A DNA stretch of 63,992 nucleotides, the filler included, from Lama guanicoe (taxonomy: Eukaryota): the NCBI GenBank assembly GCA_013239625.1. It is 96 parts of 96 records of this genome, joined end to end, with 100 filler letters (N's around TTAATTAATTAA, not from the genome) between each part and the next. Parts side by side here need not be neighbours in the genome. Positions count along the whole stretch, not along the records: positions 1 to 645 come from PNXV01028393.1; positions 746 to 1,472 come from PNXV01028394.1; positions 1,573 to 2,312 come from PNXV01028396.1; positions 2,413 to 2,976 come from PNXV01028397.1; positions 3,077 to 3,809 come from PNXV01028399.1; positions 3,910 to 4,489 come from PNXV01028400.1; positions 4,590 to 4,871 come from PNXV01028403.1; positions 4,972 to 5,804 come from PNXV01028404.1; 88 more parts are not named here. One strand, given 5' to 3'. Position 1 is the first letter of the stretch, and each line of letters opens with the position of its first letter. Under the pieces are notes generated by a model, which made no database searches, had not been told where the DNA came from, and worked only from the letters and a program-made list of their open reading frames with translations. The translations under genes were made by a program, and so were the position numbers. This document shows, one piece after another, positions 1 to 11,903 of this stretch.

Positions 1-244
1 GATCTGTGGGTGCTCTACCCTGGGACAGAAAAGAAAACAGACCGTTGTACATGGAACCATAAAGGGGACACTGTTAGATGAGCAAGTGTCGGACTTGGCA
101 AGGAGCCAGATCGTCTGGATTTACAAGGGAAATGGCCCAGCTGCTGAGGAGCTGAGGTCTCGTCCTGCCCAACTGCCCCTCTGCCCCCACCCGGTACTGG
201 GATGGAGTTTCCAAAGGGAACCCCAGGTACTGCCCATCACTCAC

Positions 245-391
245 TGGAGGGCCCTGGATACCAGGCAGGCCGGGGGCACCCTTTTCTCCCTGCACGCCTC
301 ATGGTCCAGGCGGTCCTCAAGGTCCTTCCTCTCCAGGAAGCCCCCGGCTTCCTTTAGGCCCCCTCAAGCCAGGTTCCCCAGGGTTACCTGC
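245..391 (-). pseudogene. COL9A1: Collagen IX alpha-1-like exon (end of the COL2 triple-helical domain) carrying two in-frame stops
   Basis: Minus strand reads ttgtgttccAG|GCA GGT AAC CCT...GGC CCT CCA|GTGAGT, 147 nt. Translation [47 protein letters not shown] is an unbroken Gly-X-Y run and matches my recollection of COL9A1 ([49 protein letters not shown]). TGA codons are at 317-319 and 299-301. Confidence 0.85.
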
Positions 392-645
392 CTGGAACAC
401 AACAGTGCACTGTAAAACTGGGCCATGCACAGGGAATGTGTCTGCTTAATACCAACACAGGCACTGACATGAAGCTGCGGGTTGACTTAAGCTCCATTAC
501 CTAAGAGGTATTTGCCCAGAGGCTGCGAATCCTCCAGGTAAAGACACACAAGGCCACATGACAATGCTCCCATCTCTTAAAATTCCAGTTCAAGTGAACT
601 TTTTAAAGATCTGTCTTTTTGGTATGGTTATTATTTCAAAATGTT

Positions 646-745
646 NNNNNNNNNNNNNNNNNNNNNNNNNNNNNNNNNNNNNNNNNNNNTTAATTAATTA
701 ANNNNNNNNNNNNNNNNNNNNNNNNNNNNNNNNNNNNNNNNNNNN
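646..745. other. Artificial contig-joining linker N44-TTAATTAATTAA-N44 (first of about 95 identical copies across the window)
   Basis: Exactly 44 N + palindromic TTAATTAATTAA (690-701) + 44 N = 100 bp, repeated between unrelated sequences. The 12-mer gives TAA in all six frames. Confidence 0.99.
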
Positions 746-1956
746 GACTTTCGATTGACCAACAAATATAAAATTAAGAACATTAATTCAAACTCTAACA
801 CTTACAGGGTGATGCTATGGTGGCATAAGGCATCCATCATACTCCCACTATTTCAACTTCTAAACTTTGGCATCTGACATGAACAGAAGAGCCTCTGTTG
901 GAGCTGTGGTGCCCAGCACCGCACCCCAAGGCACTCAGGAAGGGTGTCACTCACCCCTGCATTGGGTGACAGGCAGACATACCCCAATACAAGTGTGGAA
1001 CCAGCAGGAGCCTGTGAACTGGCTCCAGCCTCTGAAAAACCCTGGTGTACAGTGTAGCTAAGATATAAAAACTTAAAACATTTTATTTCTAAAGCTCAGT
1101 CGTATATAAACTGTTCTGAGATTGGGATTGAATGCCTAAAGACTTGACATAATTAACTATTTGTGATTTAATTGGAATAAAAGAAGGACATTAAATCCAA
1201 TAAAGGGTAAAATAAAGATGGGTATTCATTCATTGAAAATACATTTATTTAGCACACTAATTTAAAATTAAACACTGAGAATTAAAGTGTAAAAAGCACT
1301 TTTCAGTGTTTCTAATGTTTTAAAAAAGAGTCCAAAATAAATAGTAGTTTTGTCACCTTTGCATTTCCGTATATATTTGTAACTGACAGTAAGGAAATTT
1401 TGAATGTGTTAACAACTGTAACATTTCTCATTGGTTACTAAAGTCACTTTGCATGGCTTTACCTATGATGGTNNNNNNNNNNNNNNNNNNNNNNNNNNNN
1501 NNNNNNNNNNNNNNNNTTAATTAATTAANNNNNNNNNNNNNNNNNNNNNNNNNNNNNNNNNNNNNNNNNNNNAATGATCCCAGGTGGATACGTGTAGATA
1601 CGTGACAAAGGACACAGAGCCTGCTGGCAGCCAATGTGCAGATACATCTTAATGAGTATTGATTGAACATAGCCATAATGATAAAGTCTCAGGTGCATGA
1701 CTATATAGAACAGCAAAATAGTTGATGACAATTGCACAAAAAAGTAGGAGTTAGTTTGGAAATAAAACAAGAGTTAAATTGTTTTAAGGTCCTTGCAATG
1801 TCTTAAGTGTTAAAAGTCTACTTTATATGGGATTTTAATGTTAATGTTCAATGTTAGTGATTTTAATGTTAATATAATGGATTTTATAATTTCCACATTA
1901 AGCTCTAAGAGTTGGTAAAATAATATATAATACAGAAAGAAAATGAAATATAATAA

Positions 1957-1988
1957 AATTTTAGTATATGTGCTGCCAAAGCGAGCAC
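1957..1988 (-). pseudogene. RNU6: 3'-truncated U6 snRNA retrocopy (nt 1-32)
   Basis: Reverse complement GTGCTCGCTTTGGCAGCACATATACTAAAATT matches the U6 5' end GTGCTCGCTTCGGCAGCACATATACTAAAATT at 31/32. Similarity stops before the expected GGAACG. Confidence 0.92.
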
Positions 1989-1989
1989 A

Positions 1990-2312
1990 GTAAAATTTAA
2001 TTATTTGAAAAATAGGAGAAAAGAAATAAAGGCATATAAAACAATTTAGACAAAAAAAGTGCAAATAAGGTGGTAGATATACCACACATATTTGTAATAA
2101 CCTTAAAGATAAATGAGTAAAATTATCCAGTTAAAACTCTAGCCTTATCAGACTAGATTTTACGATAAATCTATTATAAGCTTCTTACAAGATACATCCT
2201 TTAACTATAAAGCTACAGGTAGAGGGTGAAAATAAAATATTGCAAAAGATATATGTTGCAAATACAAAATGAAGGAGAGCTGGGACAATGTACAAGAGAC
2301 AGAATATTTTCT
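1990..2312 (+). mobile_element. Old L1 remnant (inter-ORF region / start of ORF2)
   Basis: A-rich, with degraded L1 endonuclease-start-like text (taataaccttaaagataaatgagtaaaattatccagttaaa...aaagatatatgttgcaaa). Confidence 0.5.
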
Positions 2313-2412
2313 NNNNNNNNNNNNNNNNNNNNNNNNNNNNNNNNNNNNNNNNNNNNTTAATTAATTAANNNNNNNNNNNNNNNNNNNNNNNNNNNNNNNN
2401 NNNNNNNNNNNN

Positions 2413-2976
2413 TTTGGAGATCAAGATGTGAAAGGCAAGGAATTAAAGCATCCAGAAGATATTGGAGAATATCTCTGTTACATGTGGTTGAGAATTAAAA
2501 AAAAATAAGCTACAAAAATACTAAACATGAAAGATAATATTGATTCTCTGAATCACATTAAAATTGAGAACTTAAGCTTACCCTGAAGAGCATAAACATG
2601 TAAACCACCACAAGGGAAATGTATTTACAATGCATATAGTTGATATACCTGGAATATATGAATAACTACGAACTTTTAAAAAAGACAGACAATCCAGTCA
2701 AAAAATGTGGGCAAGACACTTAAACAGGCAGTTCATAAATTGGTTAGGTAAATGTCGTATAAATGTTGCAGTAGGTTGCTCAGTCTCTCTAGAAATCAGG
2801 GAAATGATGGTTAAAGGCACAATGAGATACCACTCCACACTCACCGAGATGGCTAAAATGACGAATACTGACTCTCATGCGCTACTACTGGGAGTGTAAA
2901 TAATGGGTTTTGGAAAACTTCTTGAATTATCAGTCAGTATGAATATATATGTGCCCTATAACAAGGAAATTTTACT
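2413..2976 (+). mobile_element. Old L1 (L1M) ORF2 3' portion, degraded
   Basis: aaaaatgtgggcaagacacttaaacaggcagttca...aatcagggaaatg...caatgagataccactccacactcaccgagatggctaaaat corresponds to the L1 ORF2 C-terminal region (KWAKDLNRHF...[13 protein letters not shown]). Confidence 0.8.
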
Positions 2977-5900
2977 NNNNNNNNNNNNNNNNNNNNNNNN
3001 NNNNNNNNNNNNNNNNNNNNTTAATTAATTAANNNNNNNNNNNNNNNNNNNNNNNNNNNNNNNNNNNNNNNNNNNNAAGTGAATTAGGTTAATATTTTCC
3101 CTTACTGGATGACTTTTATTGTTTATTGTAGTTGTCTTTACACGTTGATCCTGCCATTTCCCCATGTGATGGTGACGTTGTTCGCAGGATAAACCAGTGA
3201 GTAAAATCCATTCCTGTTACCATAGTGACTGAACCAGGTAAACCAAGCCAAAAATGATTAGTGCACGGTACCCCTGCTGGTGAAAGGGATTAAGTCCAGT
3301 CATGGTTCATTCATTGCAAAGCTTGTTCTGCACAAGATGATCTGTTAATTGGAGGTCCGTAATTGCTGAAGTCATTTGCTAAAGTGGGAGAAGCCAATTT
3401 GAAGAGGAAGTTGATACAGAGGGAATCACAAGCTTAGAGAATTTTAAGCAAACCATGCCAGAGCCTTGAGCAAACTGTGCCTAGGAATTTTAATTATATG
3501 AGTCAATATGGTCCCTCCATAGCTGAAATAAGTTTGAATTGAGTTTTCTATTTCTTGGGATTAAAATGATCTGAAATCAGTCAGGAACATAACGGCAAAC
3601 CCTAACTTACAGAGAGGGCACTTACTAATTATGGAGTGGTGGTGGTCCACATAAACTGATTTCTGAGGACAGAGCACATTATAAACTGCTAATTATGCTC
3701 GAGATAACAAAACTTATGACCAATTTCTATGGTCATATTTTTTTTTTCCTTAAGTGGTTACAGGAACTGAGTAAAAAAAGTTTTTCTTTGGCTGAGGCTA
3801 GAACCACATNNNNNNNNNNNNNNNNNNNNNNNNNNNNNNNNNNNNNNNNNNNNTTAATTAATTAANNNNNNNNNNNNNNNNNNNNNNNNNNNNNNNNNNN
3901 NNNNNNNNNACCTGCTTTGTTCTTCCAGTCAGATTACAAACAGCGTGTGGACAGGAAGTGTCACATTTTTATCCACCCTCCACATTGCTTAGCTCAGTGT
4001 TGTCTATCTAACAGGTCTTCAGTGAATCGTTGGAAAACGACTATAGAAAGAAGTAAGAGGTCTCATTTTACCCTTCAGGAAACTACTCTTAAGTCATGTA
4101 AGATTTTTTTTTTGTCAAAAAGACTAATCCTGAATCAATTTTTATTATACTATATCTTCACTTCCTCTAGGGATTTTTTTTTATTTTGCAGAAGCACAGG
4201 AGTAAAATGTTATTTAAGTGTCCATAAAGAAGAGTGATTTTCATTCATTTATTCATTCATTCAGCAATGATAGGTTGAGTACTTCTCATGAATTAGATGC
4301 TGTGGGATAACAGATCTTATCCTCAAAATGCTTGTAGTCTACTTGGAGGAAGAGAAATCAGAAAACTAGACAAACTGCACATGGAAACCAAAGTGAGGGA
4401 CAGGGAGAGCGGGAGTGGGGCAAGAAATGACTGGTATTCGTTAGATGAATGACTGGTAGATTTTTATGATTTGGGGTTAAAATACAATGNNNNNNNNNNN
4501 NNNNNNNNNNNNNNNNNNNNNNNNNNNNNNNNNTTAATTAATTAANNNNNNNNNNNNNNNNNNNNNNNNNNNNNNNNNNNNNNNNNNNNATTAATCAATA
4601 GGTCTCAAATTATGTTTCTTCAATTAAAGATATGAAATAATGTTCTTTCAGTAAGAAACTGGTAAATAGTCAGCTGACACCATCCAAATGATTCAGAACT
4701 TAAGCATGCTATTCCTAGGCTCTTGATGCATTTGGAGTCCTCAAAATTACATATGGAACGTAGTTATACATTCTACAAATGGCTGAAATATTCTTCTCCA
4801 TTAATGTAGCCCTTTATAGTACACTAATTTTTTTGTTTTAATTTTTTGAGATTTTTGTGCAACTATAGTCANNNNNNNNNNNNNNNNNNNNNNNNNNNNN
4901 NNNNNNNNNNNNNNNTTAATTAATTAANNNNNNNNNNNNNNNNNNNNNNNNNNNNNNNNNNNNNNNNNNNNTGTGTAAGGAGACTCTGGATTCTATTAAA
5001 TCTTTTATTTTAGCAGGCATGCATTCTGTTTAGTTTTAGTATAGAGATCTTGGCATCCTTTTTGGGCTGTGCCTCTAACAGCAGTTTAATTTTCAGAGTC
5101 TTCATCTTATTTCGGTCTTAATGATGTATTTGGTACTTCTGGGCTCCCACTGGTAACTGCTATTGTTACCTGAGGAAGTGGAAGGGATTTCCCAGGCATA
5201 GGAGCAAGATGTTTCTCCATGGAATGAGGACATGTTGAGACCCTTCTATTGGTTTCTAGGTTGCCTCCATGTCTCTGTGTGAAGGAGGAGAGTCTCAGAC
5301 CCTAGAGGACAAAGAGGCTTACAGGATTGGTCTCCTTGTTGTGACTGGGTCCCTTTTGCTGGTCACCTGCCCCCATCGAACATATTTAATAGTTTCTTTA
5401 TTGAAGCAGAGAAAACAGAGAGGTCCATAAATCCTAAGTAGACAGGTCAACTGATTTTCAAAAATTGAATATATCGGCATCACTAGAATCCAGAATAAGA
5501 AGCCCTATGTTAGCAGAAGCCCCCTTTTACCACTTCCGGTGACTACTGCCCCTCACGTGGGTCACTACTAACCTGACATAAATATTGACTGGTTTTGTCT
5601 TTTTTGAACTTTAAAAGAACCTAATCACACAGTATTTATTCTTGTGTTTCTGTCCCCTCTCTCTTGGGTGTCATTACGCTTGTGAGACTCATCCATACTG
5701 TTCCATGTAACAGTAGTGGTTCACTCATTTTCCTTCCTGTGTGTGTCCCCAGAGAAGTGTACAATTGTTAGCTTTTTAAAAATTCTGTTGATGAGCATTT
5801 GAACNNNNNNNNNNNNNNNNNNNNNNNNNNNNNNNNNNNNNNNNNNNNTTAATTAATTAANNNNNNNNNNNNNNNNNNNNNNNNNNNNNNNNNNNNNNNN

Positions 5901-6433
5901 NNNNTGTTTCTTTCACCTTAAAATCTTGACCCTCTAGAACTCCTATAGTTCAGTTTCTGATTTTAAGAGAATATTTTAATATATAAGATTCTCCCAGATG
6001 TTGTAACACACTGATTCAAGGAAATAAGAAGTATAGTGAAAGGGATGGGGATGGGAAAATCAATTCAATTCAGGTCACATTGATTCAGAGGGAAATCCAC
6101 AGTTTAGATGTCAGTGTTCAAAATATCGACTGATAAATCTTTCTAGTTTGTTGTTCTGGTCAGCTGTACACATTCTTGTTCACCATCAGAGCCCAGGAGT
6201 TCACTTTTGGGGGCAGGTCACCAGGTCTAGGGCTGTTAGTGTTCAACCAGGGGACCCTGGGGACTCCTCCTGCACTAGCCACACAGAGGAGGAAGGGACA
6301 CTTTCTCATCAGTGCAAAGCCCCAGGGCCTTTTNNNNNNNNNNNNNNNNNNNNNNNNNNNNNNNNNNNNNNNNNNNNTTAATTAATTAANNNNNNNNNNN
6401 NNNNNNNNNNNNNNNNNNNNNNNNNNNNNNNNN

Positions 6434-7364
6434 CTCTAGAACTATTTAGGTTTAAATCATGTGTTTGTTATTTACTGTTTTTCTTCTTGTTGTTGTTTTT
6501 TTTACCTGAGCAAGTTACTCTGTACTCCTTCAATTTGAAAATGTGGATAAGGAAGGTTGTATTTGTGCCAACATCATAGAGGTGTTATGATTAAATGGGT
6601 TTATATTTATACAGCATTTGAAAATACTTAAGTTAAGTATTACATAAGCACCATAACTAGTATTAATAATTCTTTTCTGTTTATTGATCTTTTTCATTTG
6701 TTTATAGAAAATGTTGATATAGTATGGATATTAACTTTTATTCTTTGATGTATTTAGTTGCATTTAATGCATTGGCTTTTTGTTTTGTTTTCTCTTTAAA
6801 TCTTTATTTCTGGTGTTATTCACCAAGCAGAATTTATTTCTTTTTATTTAGTCAAATCTGTCACTTATTTATCTTATGAACTCTAGGTTTTGTGGGGTTT
6901 TTATTTTCCTGAAAGATCTCTTTCATTCCAATACTATGAAAATATTCTCTAGTTCTTTAAAACGTTGCATTGTACATTTATATCTTTAATTCAGCAACTA
7001 TTTATTTATTTTTTGCATTGTGTGAGTTAGGATTCTAAGTTAATATTTTTTTCCTCTGTGACTGTTCAATTTCCCTAACACTTAAACAGGCCATCCACAT
7101 ATAGTTTCTAGGTTTCTTGGTGCTTCTTGTGTATGGTACTTTCTGTTCCATTCCAACCCATGTGCTTTGTCCTATTATGAAAGTAGATTTCCATTCCTAG
7201 TTTACTCAATATTTTTACTAGAAGAAAGTCTTGAATTTGATTAAAAGCTTTTTGATCATCGATGTTATAATAATTTGTCTCATTTGATACATTTCTGTCA
7301 TTTTAAACAATGGTCCTTTGACCACTGTTGCCCCATTTATGGATTTCAAACTAATTCTCTGTAG
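6434..7364 (+). repeat. Contig nearly identical to 51809-52747 (contains MIR and minus-strand old L1 remnants)
   Basis: Same first and last bases (ctctagaactattt...ctctgtag). By eye about 10 substitutions and two short indels. Confidence 0.97.
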
Positions 7365-9243
7365 NNNNNNNNNNNNNNNNNNNNNNNNNNNNNNNNNNNN
7401 NNNNNNNNTTAATTAATTAANNNNNNNNNNNNNNNNNNNNNNNNNNNNNNNNNNNNNNNNNNNNTAATTCACATTAACAAGTATGGAAAGATAAGTAATG
7501 AATACCCTAACTCTTGACTTTAAATAAAAGTTTTGGAAGAGTACCTGAGATTTCAAGTAAATATCAGATTCTGGTCTTGATTACTGATATATTAGCAAAA
7601 AAACTTTGGGAAAAATACAAATAATCTAAATAGACACTCCATTTTTGGTTAATGTTCTACCCAAATTTAATTACACAAACACACACACACAAACAACAAT
7701 AAAGCACATTCTAAAGTCATTACACTCATTCCCGGGATGTAAACTGAAATTTAAGTCTTGAAAAAAAAAAAAAAGAAAAAAAAGAAAACGTCCCTTAGAG
7801 CTAAAGAACTGTTAAAAAAAATTTTCAACTCTAATGTTTCACTCTTGGAAAATGCTACATGAACAAGTCCTAATAACTTTCTAATCCTGTATGATGTATC
7901 AGGATATTTCCAAATCTCCCATTTTAATAATCTTTTCACACTGTGGTTCATATCACACAGTTTAATCTTATTTCTCTTAATTAAACCATTTCTGCCCTAT
8001 TTTTAAAACTTGGAACTCAGTGCTTGTAAGGTAATATCTTCAAAGCAAAAGATTATGTCATATGCTTAGTCTAAAAGGTGCTTTTGCACATTATGATGCT
8101 AGACACTATTATTTACAGTAATATAAACATACTAATATGTAATATATGACATATAACCTTAATCATATAAATATATATTTATATTAATCATACCTTTGCT
8201 AAGTGATAGTCCTGATTTCTCAATTATCTATTTAAATGGATGAAGCTCTAAGCATAGATATTTAAACCCATAAACCTTACTTGTGCTGGAGAGATTATTT
8301 ATTGCCNNNNNNNNNNNNNNNNNNNNNNNNNNNNNNNNNNNNNNNNNNNNTTAATTAATTAANNNNNNNNNNNNNNNNNNNNNNNNNNNNNNNNNNNNNN
8401 NNNNNNAAGCTGGGTATAAGAGGTGAGGAGAAGGAAGACTCAAATGTTACACCCAGATTTCCTACACGGGGGCGGAGCGTGGTAACACTGTGGATCCAAT
8501 GGAGGGAAGAGACTGGGTTCCGTGTGGGATGAGGAGGTGGGATCCAGGAGGCCACTGGCAGTGTGTGTCTAGAGCCTGGGGCTGGGGTGGGAAGGGCTGA
8601 TCAGGACTGGAGAGGTGGACTCGGGGGTCCTCTTTCCGGGAAGTTCTCGGAGCACACGAGGTCCTGCAGGTGGGGAAGAGAAGAGGGCAAAGACAGTGCT
8701 TGGGAGAGCAGCGGTAGGGAAGGTCCCGAGAGAGGAGAAAAACCGGCTAAGGAGCGGGGACAGGGGTCAGAGGAAGGAGGGGACAGGGGGTGCTGGGCAG
8801 GGGACGCCCGGGCAGCAGAAGGACATGCTTGTCTCCTGGGATCGCTGTGGGCTCATCACCCTACGTCACCCACAGTATCATCTCTGATCCCGAAGATGTG
8901 TGGAAGGTGTAAGGATGGGGGTGCACAGCTCTCAAGGGTGGCGGCCTCTGAACAAGGGCTGACCGGGTGTCTCTTCCATGGACCTTGACTCTGAGATTGG
9001 GGAGGAGTCAACCTGCAGAGGCATCTCCAAGGACCTCCAACGTGGAGCTTGGTGTCCTGGGTCTGCAAGGGTCCTATGGCCCACGTTCAGTGCCCAGTGC
9101 CAATTAAGCCTTGATTCTCCACTGTGACAGTGCCAGCCAGAGGNNNNNNNNNNNNNNNNNNNNNNNNNNNNNNNNNNNNNNNNNNNNTTAATTAATTAAN
9201 NNNNNNNNNNNNNNNNNNNNNNNNNNNNNNNNNNNNNNNNNNN

Positions 9244-9471
9244 GTCTGTTTTTGTGCTAATTCCAGGCTGTTTTGATTACTGAAGTTTTGTAATATTGTC
9301 TGGAGTCTAGAAAGATTATGCCTCCAGCTTTCTTCTTTTTCCTCAGGATTGCGTTGATAATTCTGGGTCTTTTGTGATTGCACATAAATTTTAGGTTTAT
9401 TTGTTCTAGTTCCGTGAAATATGTTCTGAGTATTTCAATAGGGATCACAGTAAATATGTAGAATGCTTTGG
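9244..9471 (-). mobile_element. L1 ORF2 fragment
   Basis: ORF 9257..9448 [40 protein letters not shown]...YYK..VIKTAW matches the L1 ORF2 motif FFTELEK..LKFIWN.KR.RIAK.IL..KNKAGGITLPDFKLYYKA.V.KTAW. Confidence 0.95.
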
Positions 9472-9571
9472 NNNNNNNNNNNNNNNNNNNNNNNNNNNNN
9501 NNNNNNNNNNNNNNNTTAATTAATTAANNNNNNNNNNNNNNNNNNNNNNNNNNNNNNNNNNNNNNNNNNNN

Positions 9572-10462
9572 AGAGTATAGGAAGTGTTTAGAGTCACCTG
9601 AAAGGGACCAAGAATTATTATGTCTCTATCAGAATAGTCTGCAGGGTATGAAATAGTCACAGGGCTTCTTTGCTTTATATAACTGCAAATCCACCTCCAA
9701 CGACATAGAAATGGATGTACCCTTGGTCTAAAAACAAATCACATTTTGGTACCATTGGCTAGTGATCACATACTTTGATGACTAACCAGATGCTAACAAT
9801 AGGCAAAGATGAGATTTTAGATTAATTCTGTGTTTATTTAGCTATCTTTCTCTGTGTTGCCCAGCTTTCATTTTTCTTACCATCATGGACTTGAGAAATG
9901 GCCCCTAAGTTCTCTTCAGATTTTAAGATGTAGTGATTCTAGGAAACATTTTATCAAGGCTGCTCACAAGTTACGATGATCATTTTTTACTCATCATCTG
10001 GGAGAATGATCTGATCTGAGTTTAACCTCTACTCTCTGCCCAGATCGGCCCTCAATAGATTTGCCAGGGAGTTGTGAATGGACAAAGGGAAGCCCTCAGG
10101 ATGAAGGAGAAGGAACAAGCCACATACCCACCAAGAGAGAAATTAGATGCAGTGAAGCATTGTCAAGGCCTGGGGAAAGAGTAGAATAAAACCCCAAGCT
10201 CAACCCCACTTTTCTTCCTACTTCTTCCACCCACTGTGCTCTGCTGTGACTGGCCTTTTGCACGCATGTATGGACACTCTGACCTGGACTTCCAAGCGTT
10301 GTCTACCATCACTTCCTCCACCTGTCTCTCTCCTGGTTGCCCCTCATCCCTAGGTTGGTTGTGTCCAAAGCATTGTCTACCCTAAGGAAGAGGGACCTGG
10401 TGGAGAAGCCCTAGCAAAAGGCTTCAAATGCTAGAATCATCTAGGCTGGAAATTCCAGAATC
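9572..10462 (+). repeat. Contig nearly identical to 14014-14904
   Basis: Both are 891 bp with identical ends. By eye about 11 substitutions, many at CpG/TpG. Confidence 0.97.
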
Positions 10463-11207
10463 NNNNNNNNNNNNNNNNNNNNNNNNNNNNNNNNNNNNNN
10501 NNNNNNTTAATTAATTAANNNNNNNNNNNNNNNNNNNNNNNNNNNNNNNNNNNNNNNNNNNNTAGGTGTTAATCTTATTTATGGGAGAGTTTGCACTGTT
10601 CATGAAGGAGAGCGGGATGAAACAGAAAGACATTTCCTCAATTAAAAACACAAAAAAAAAACATTTAATGGCTAAAACAGAGAATTGAAAAGAACTGGTC
10701 AGACTTGGGTCTAACACCAGAGTAACTTTATCTCTTTGTTCTTTGAGACAAATGATATTATTTAGTATGAAATTCCTGCTGTGGAATATCATGACCATCA
10801 AGGAAGGAAGACGAATTTTTGGACAAGATTTTTCTTAGCGATCAACATGGTTTTGGAAAACAGAAAGTTACAGTCGTGAGAGGAGAAAGCCAGATCTCTA
10901 GGGTGACTCCCAGTGGTAACTGCCCTCGCACGTCACATGGAAGGAGCACGCTTCAAGTGTAAATGTGCACCTCCGGTGTGCAGACAGGCCCTCCTGCCTC
11001 ACCCCTAGTGACACGGCTGCTTTCCGAGCTGATTGTGGTTCCGTGTGAGGGACCAGCATCCCCACTCCTTTTGAAAATATTGGAGCAATACCAATAGAAA
11101 CAAAATGNNNNNNNNNNNNNNNNNNNNNNNNNNNNNNNNNNNNNNNNNNNNTTAATTAATTAANNNNNNNNNNNNNNNNNNNNNNNNNNNNNNNNNNNNN
11201 NNNNNNN

Positions 11208-11903
11208 ATATTGAGATTGAAGCCTGGTTTGCTTAAAAACTCTCTCCTCTCCTCTCTCTCTCTCCCCCTCCCCCTTTCCCTCTCTCACAAGTGTGCGCGC
11301 ACACACACACCTAAAACATTAAAAATGTTTGGTTGCTGATAGACCATTTCGCTTTCAAAACGTAAAGTTTCCAGCTGCCCCTTTCATTAAACCACGTCCT
11401 TGACACGACAGACAAGATAGCGGGCCTCTCCAGCACCACACCTGCTCATCTCCGTGGAGCAAATTTTTTTTCAGGGTCTTTAAGACAAAACATTTCTCCT
11501 GACACTGTCTTCCCACCCCCTTCACTTTTTTTAACCAGAAACACATAGTATCCGCCTCCTTCTCCTGATCCTTAAAGCCCATCTCTGCTCTCTGCCTAGT
11601 TTCTCACCCCACACCCCAGTCACCTCCAAAGGTAAGTCATGGTGCGGCTCAGGGAGCTTCAGCCTCAGGGCCCCTCACTCACGGGCCTCTGGGGGTGCTG
11701 GGCGCTGCCCAGGGGTCCAGGTGGGGAGGCAAAGCCATCAGAGAGCATTTCGATGTGAGCAGTTCCACCAAACTGCCTGAAAAGAAGCAGAAGAAAGCAT
11801 TCTGAGTCTCCAAAGCATCGATAATCTGTTGCAATTTATTTTTTCATCCTAAATAACATCTAAATAGGCAATTTTATACATACTTTTGTATTTTTTTCTT
11901 AAG
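11208..11903 (+). repeat. Contig nearly identical to 45263-45961
   Basis: Identical ends (atattgagattgaagcc...ttcttaag). By eye about 20 substitutions plus microsatellite and homopolymer length changes. Confidence 0.97.

Noticed and set aside
74..295. 73-aa ORF [9 protein letters not shown]...
   Set aside because: Only the first 17 codons are the collagen exon tail after the second stop. The rest is intron read-through past GTGAGT.
86..415. 109-aa plus-strand ORF
   Set aside because: It is the antisense shadow of the collagen exon.
8563..8988. 141-aa ORF
   Set aside because: G-rich non-coding-looking sequence next to an L2-like remnant, with a GTG start, no codon bias and no recognisable domain.
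11355..11582. ORF apparently conserved with 45413..45601
   Set aside because: The similarity only reflects the duplicated contig. An indel between the copies shifts the frame and many differences are non-synonymous.
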